In this document: positions 18,727-20,000 of the stretch, piece after piece
Layout: the number at the start of each line of letters is the position of its first letter
Position numbering within the stretch: position 1 is the stretch's first letter
Source: an uncultured virus (IMG/VR IMGVR_UViG_3300021425_000020)
Lineage: Duplodnaviria > Heunggongvirae > Uroviricota > Caudoviricetes
Reading direction: 5' to 3' (one strand)
IMG/VR virus record: IMGVR_UViG_3300021425_000020
Length of the DNA stretch: 20,000 nucleotides
Position numbers and translations under genes: made by a program
Notes under the pieces: generated by a model
Seen by the model: the letters and a program-made list of their open reading frames with translations, nothing else
What the model was told of the DNA's origin: nothing
The model's database searches: none

Positions 18727-19059
18727 TTATACTTCCAAATAACTAACTGTAACACTTAAATTGGTTGGATTTGCTCCAACAAACATTAATCTATCATCTG
18801 CCTCTAAAATTAATCGTTCAACATTAAAAGTAAATGTATCTGCTGCTGCAACACTTAGATCATTTAAAACAATATTGGTTGTGCTTTTACTTTGGCCTGA
18901 TGGAATAACGTGCATATCAAAAGTTGTGTCATTAGCACCGCTTCCGTCATCGGCAGCATTATTACATACTAAAACTGTAGTAATAGCATATTTTTTACTT
19001 GCAGGGACAGTTATCAATGTTGTATCTGTAGTTGCTATTTGTGCGTTTACTATTGCCAT
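18727..19059 (-). CDS. Small (110 aa) beta-rich hypothetical phage protein, probably virion-associated
   Basis: ORF track. AAGGAA RBS upstream. It fills the gap between neighbours and its TAA directly abuts the ATG of gene A (TAAATG). Function is inferred only from context. Confidence 0.85.
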   Translation of the reverse strand: MAIVNAQIATTDTTLITVPASKKYAITTVLVCNNAADDGSGANDTTFDMHVIPSGQSKSTTNIVLNDLSVAAADTFTFNVERLILEADDRLMFVGANPTNLSVTVSYLEV

Positions 19060-19064
19060 TTCTG

Positions 19065-19070
19065 TTCCTT
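19065..19070 (-). promoter_or_regulatory. Shine-Dalgarno site of the 110-aa gene, overlapping the upstream stop codon
   Basis: Minus strand reads TAAAGGAACAGAAATG. Confidence 0.7.
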
Positions 19071-20000
19071 TAAAATATTATACTAAAAAGTAGTGCTTTG
19101 TTTCTACTTGCAATTTCATCTGTTGTTGTATCTTCATTAACAAAATATAACCCTGTACCACCGTCTGCTAACGGTTTACTATATAACGAAACTCCATCTG
19201 CTGGTGCATCTGGGTCGCTTAACTTTTTAATAGTTGTTGGTGTATCAATTTTAACAACACCTGTACCGTTACCTGCAAGTGTAAGATCACCGTTTGTATC
19301 TTGAGAAGTTATAGAACTTTGTGTAATACTAATTGTTCCAATATCAAAACGGTTTTCAAACATTGTACCAAACAATGTGTCATCGATTCTGAATTCAATT
19401 CTGCTAGTTGATGCATCGTCTTCAAAATCAAAAGTTTCAACTTTGGTTGGTGTTGTTTCACCAGATTGAATACCTTTTTGGAAATTTTGTGCATTATAGC
19501 CAACAACAAAATCTTCTAGTAACCTTGCAGTGACTAAAGCATCGTCATCGTTTGGTAAACTTAATTTTGTATCAGTACTTGGATTTGTTGTGATACTACT
19601 GCCTGTATAATCATATACTTGCTTTTCATAATCAGTTGTACCTGTAACAGTAACTATACCTGTTCCTTCTGCTAATAGTGTTAAGTTGTTTACTCCGTTA
19701 GTATCTGCCTTAATACTACTTGCATACAAGCCTTGGATTGCACCAGTTTGGTCTTGTAATACCCAACTACCTTGACGACTTATGCCTCCGCTGACACTGT
19801 TTAATCTTTCGTCAAAAAATACATATGCATCATTTGCAACTCCTCGATCAACAATTAAACCAGCTGTGTTTAATGTAACACCATTTCCTGTTTCACCAGA
19901 GTTGACTGTAATAGTATTATCTTCTACAAGAAGATCACTAGAACCAATCGATGTGCTTTCACCTTGAACTGCAAGGTCACCAGTGACTGTAACTGAGCCA
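19070..20000 (-). CDS. Fibre-like virion structural protein, 5'-truncated (>=309 aa in window)
   Basis: The frame of track ORF 19070..19729 stays open to the window end: GSVTVTGDLAVQGESTSIGSSDLLVEDNTITVNSGETGNGVTLNTAGLIVDRGVANDAYVFFDE... The TTG at 19729 is therefore an internal Leu. A related GDLxVxG..T..L.V.D..I motif occurs in gene B (~2500-2590). Confidence 0.88.
   Translation of the reverse strand, partial: GSVTVTGDLAVQGESTSIGSSDLLVEDNTITVNSGETGNGVTLNTAGLIVDRGVANDAYVFFDERLNSVSGGISRQGSWVLQDQTGAIQGLYASSIKADTNGVNNLTLLAEGTGIVTVTGTTDYEKQVYDYTGSSITTNPSTDTKLSLPNDDDALVTARLLEDFVVGYNAQNFQKGIQSGETTPTKVETFDFEDDASTSRIEFRIDDTLFGTMFENRFDIGTISITQSSITSQDTNGDLTLAGNGTGVVKIDTPTTIKKLSDPDAPADGVSLYSKPLADGGTGLYFVNEDTTTDEIASRNKALLFSIIF

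Noticed and set aside
18724..18731. TATAAATG at the gene junction as a late promoter
   Set aside because: It overlaps the start codon of A, so it could not produce an mRNA containing that start. It is explained by GTA-TAA-ATG.
19727..19729. TTG start for the 219-aa ORF given in the track
   Set aside because: The frame is open and protein-like up to the window end, so the true start lies beyond 20000.
1..20000. CRISPR array, tRNA/rRNA, intron/intein, mobile element or stop-codon recoding
   Set aside because: None seen. There are no regularly spaced DNA repeats, only ~110 nt is non-coding, no splicing or nuclease motifs were recognised, and the genes read through in the standard code with TAA stops.

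Overview
AT-rich, almost fully coding segment of a large bacteriophage genome, most likely a T4-like myovirus from an aquatic habitat (inferred from protein motifs, Shine-Dalgarno sites and an ATAAATA late-promoter-like box; no host can be assigned). All four real genes are on the minus strand and look like virion structural or fibre genes. In transcription order: a 5'-truncated fibre-like gene (>20000..19070), a 110-aa protein (19059..18727), a 2828-aa giant (gene A, 18726..10240), and a second paralogous giant of at least 3379 aa (gene B, 10138..<1). The ORF track omits gene B because it runs off the window. The long plus-strand ORFs are antisense shadows. Main observation: the two giants together carry 13 tandem ~136-166 aa helical repeats (10 in A, 3 in B). 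Their length, helix pattern and K-C-x-R-D-x14-G motif closely resemble the bilin-binding globin domain of phycobiliproteins (Cys84/Arg86/Asp87 site), suggesting possibly chromophorylated virion proteins. This rests on by-eye alignment to remembered sequences and needs profile or structure confirmation. The single sizeable intergenic region has an anti-SD / late promoter / SD layout like T4 late translational-control hairpins.
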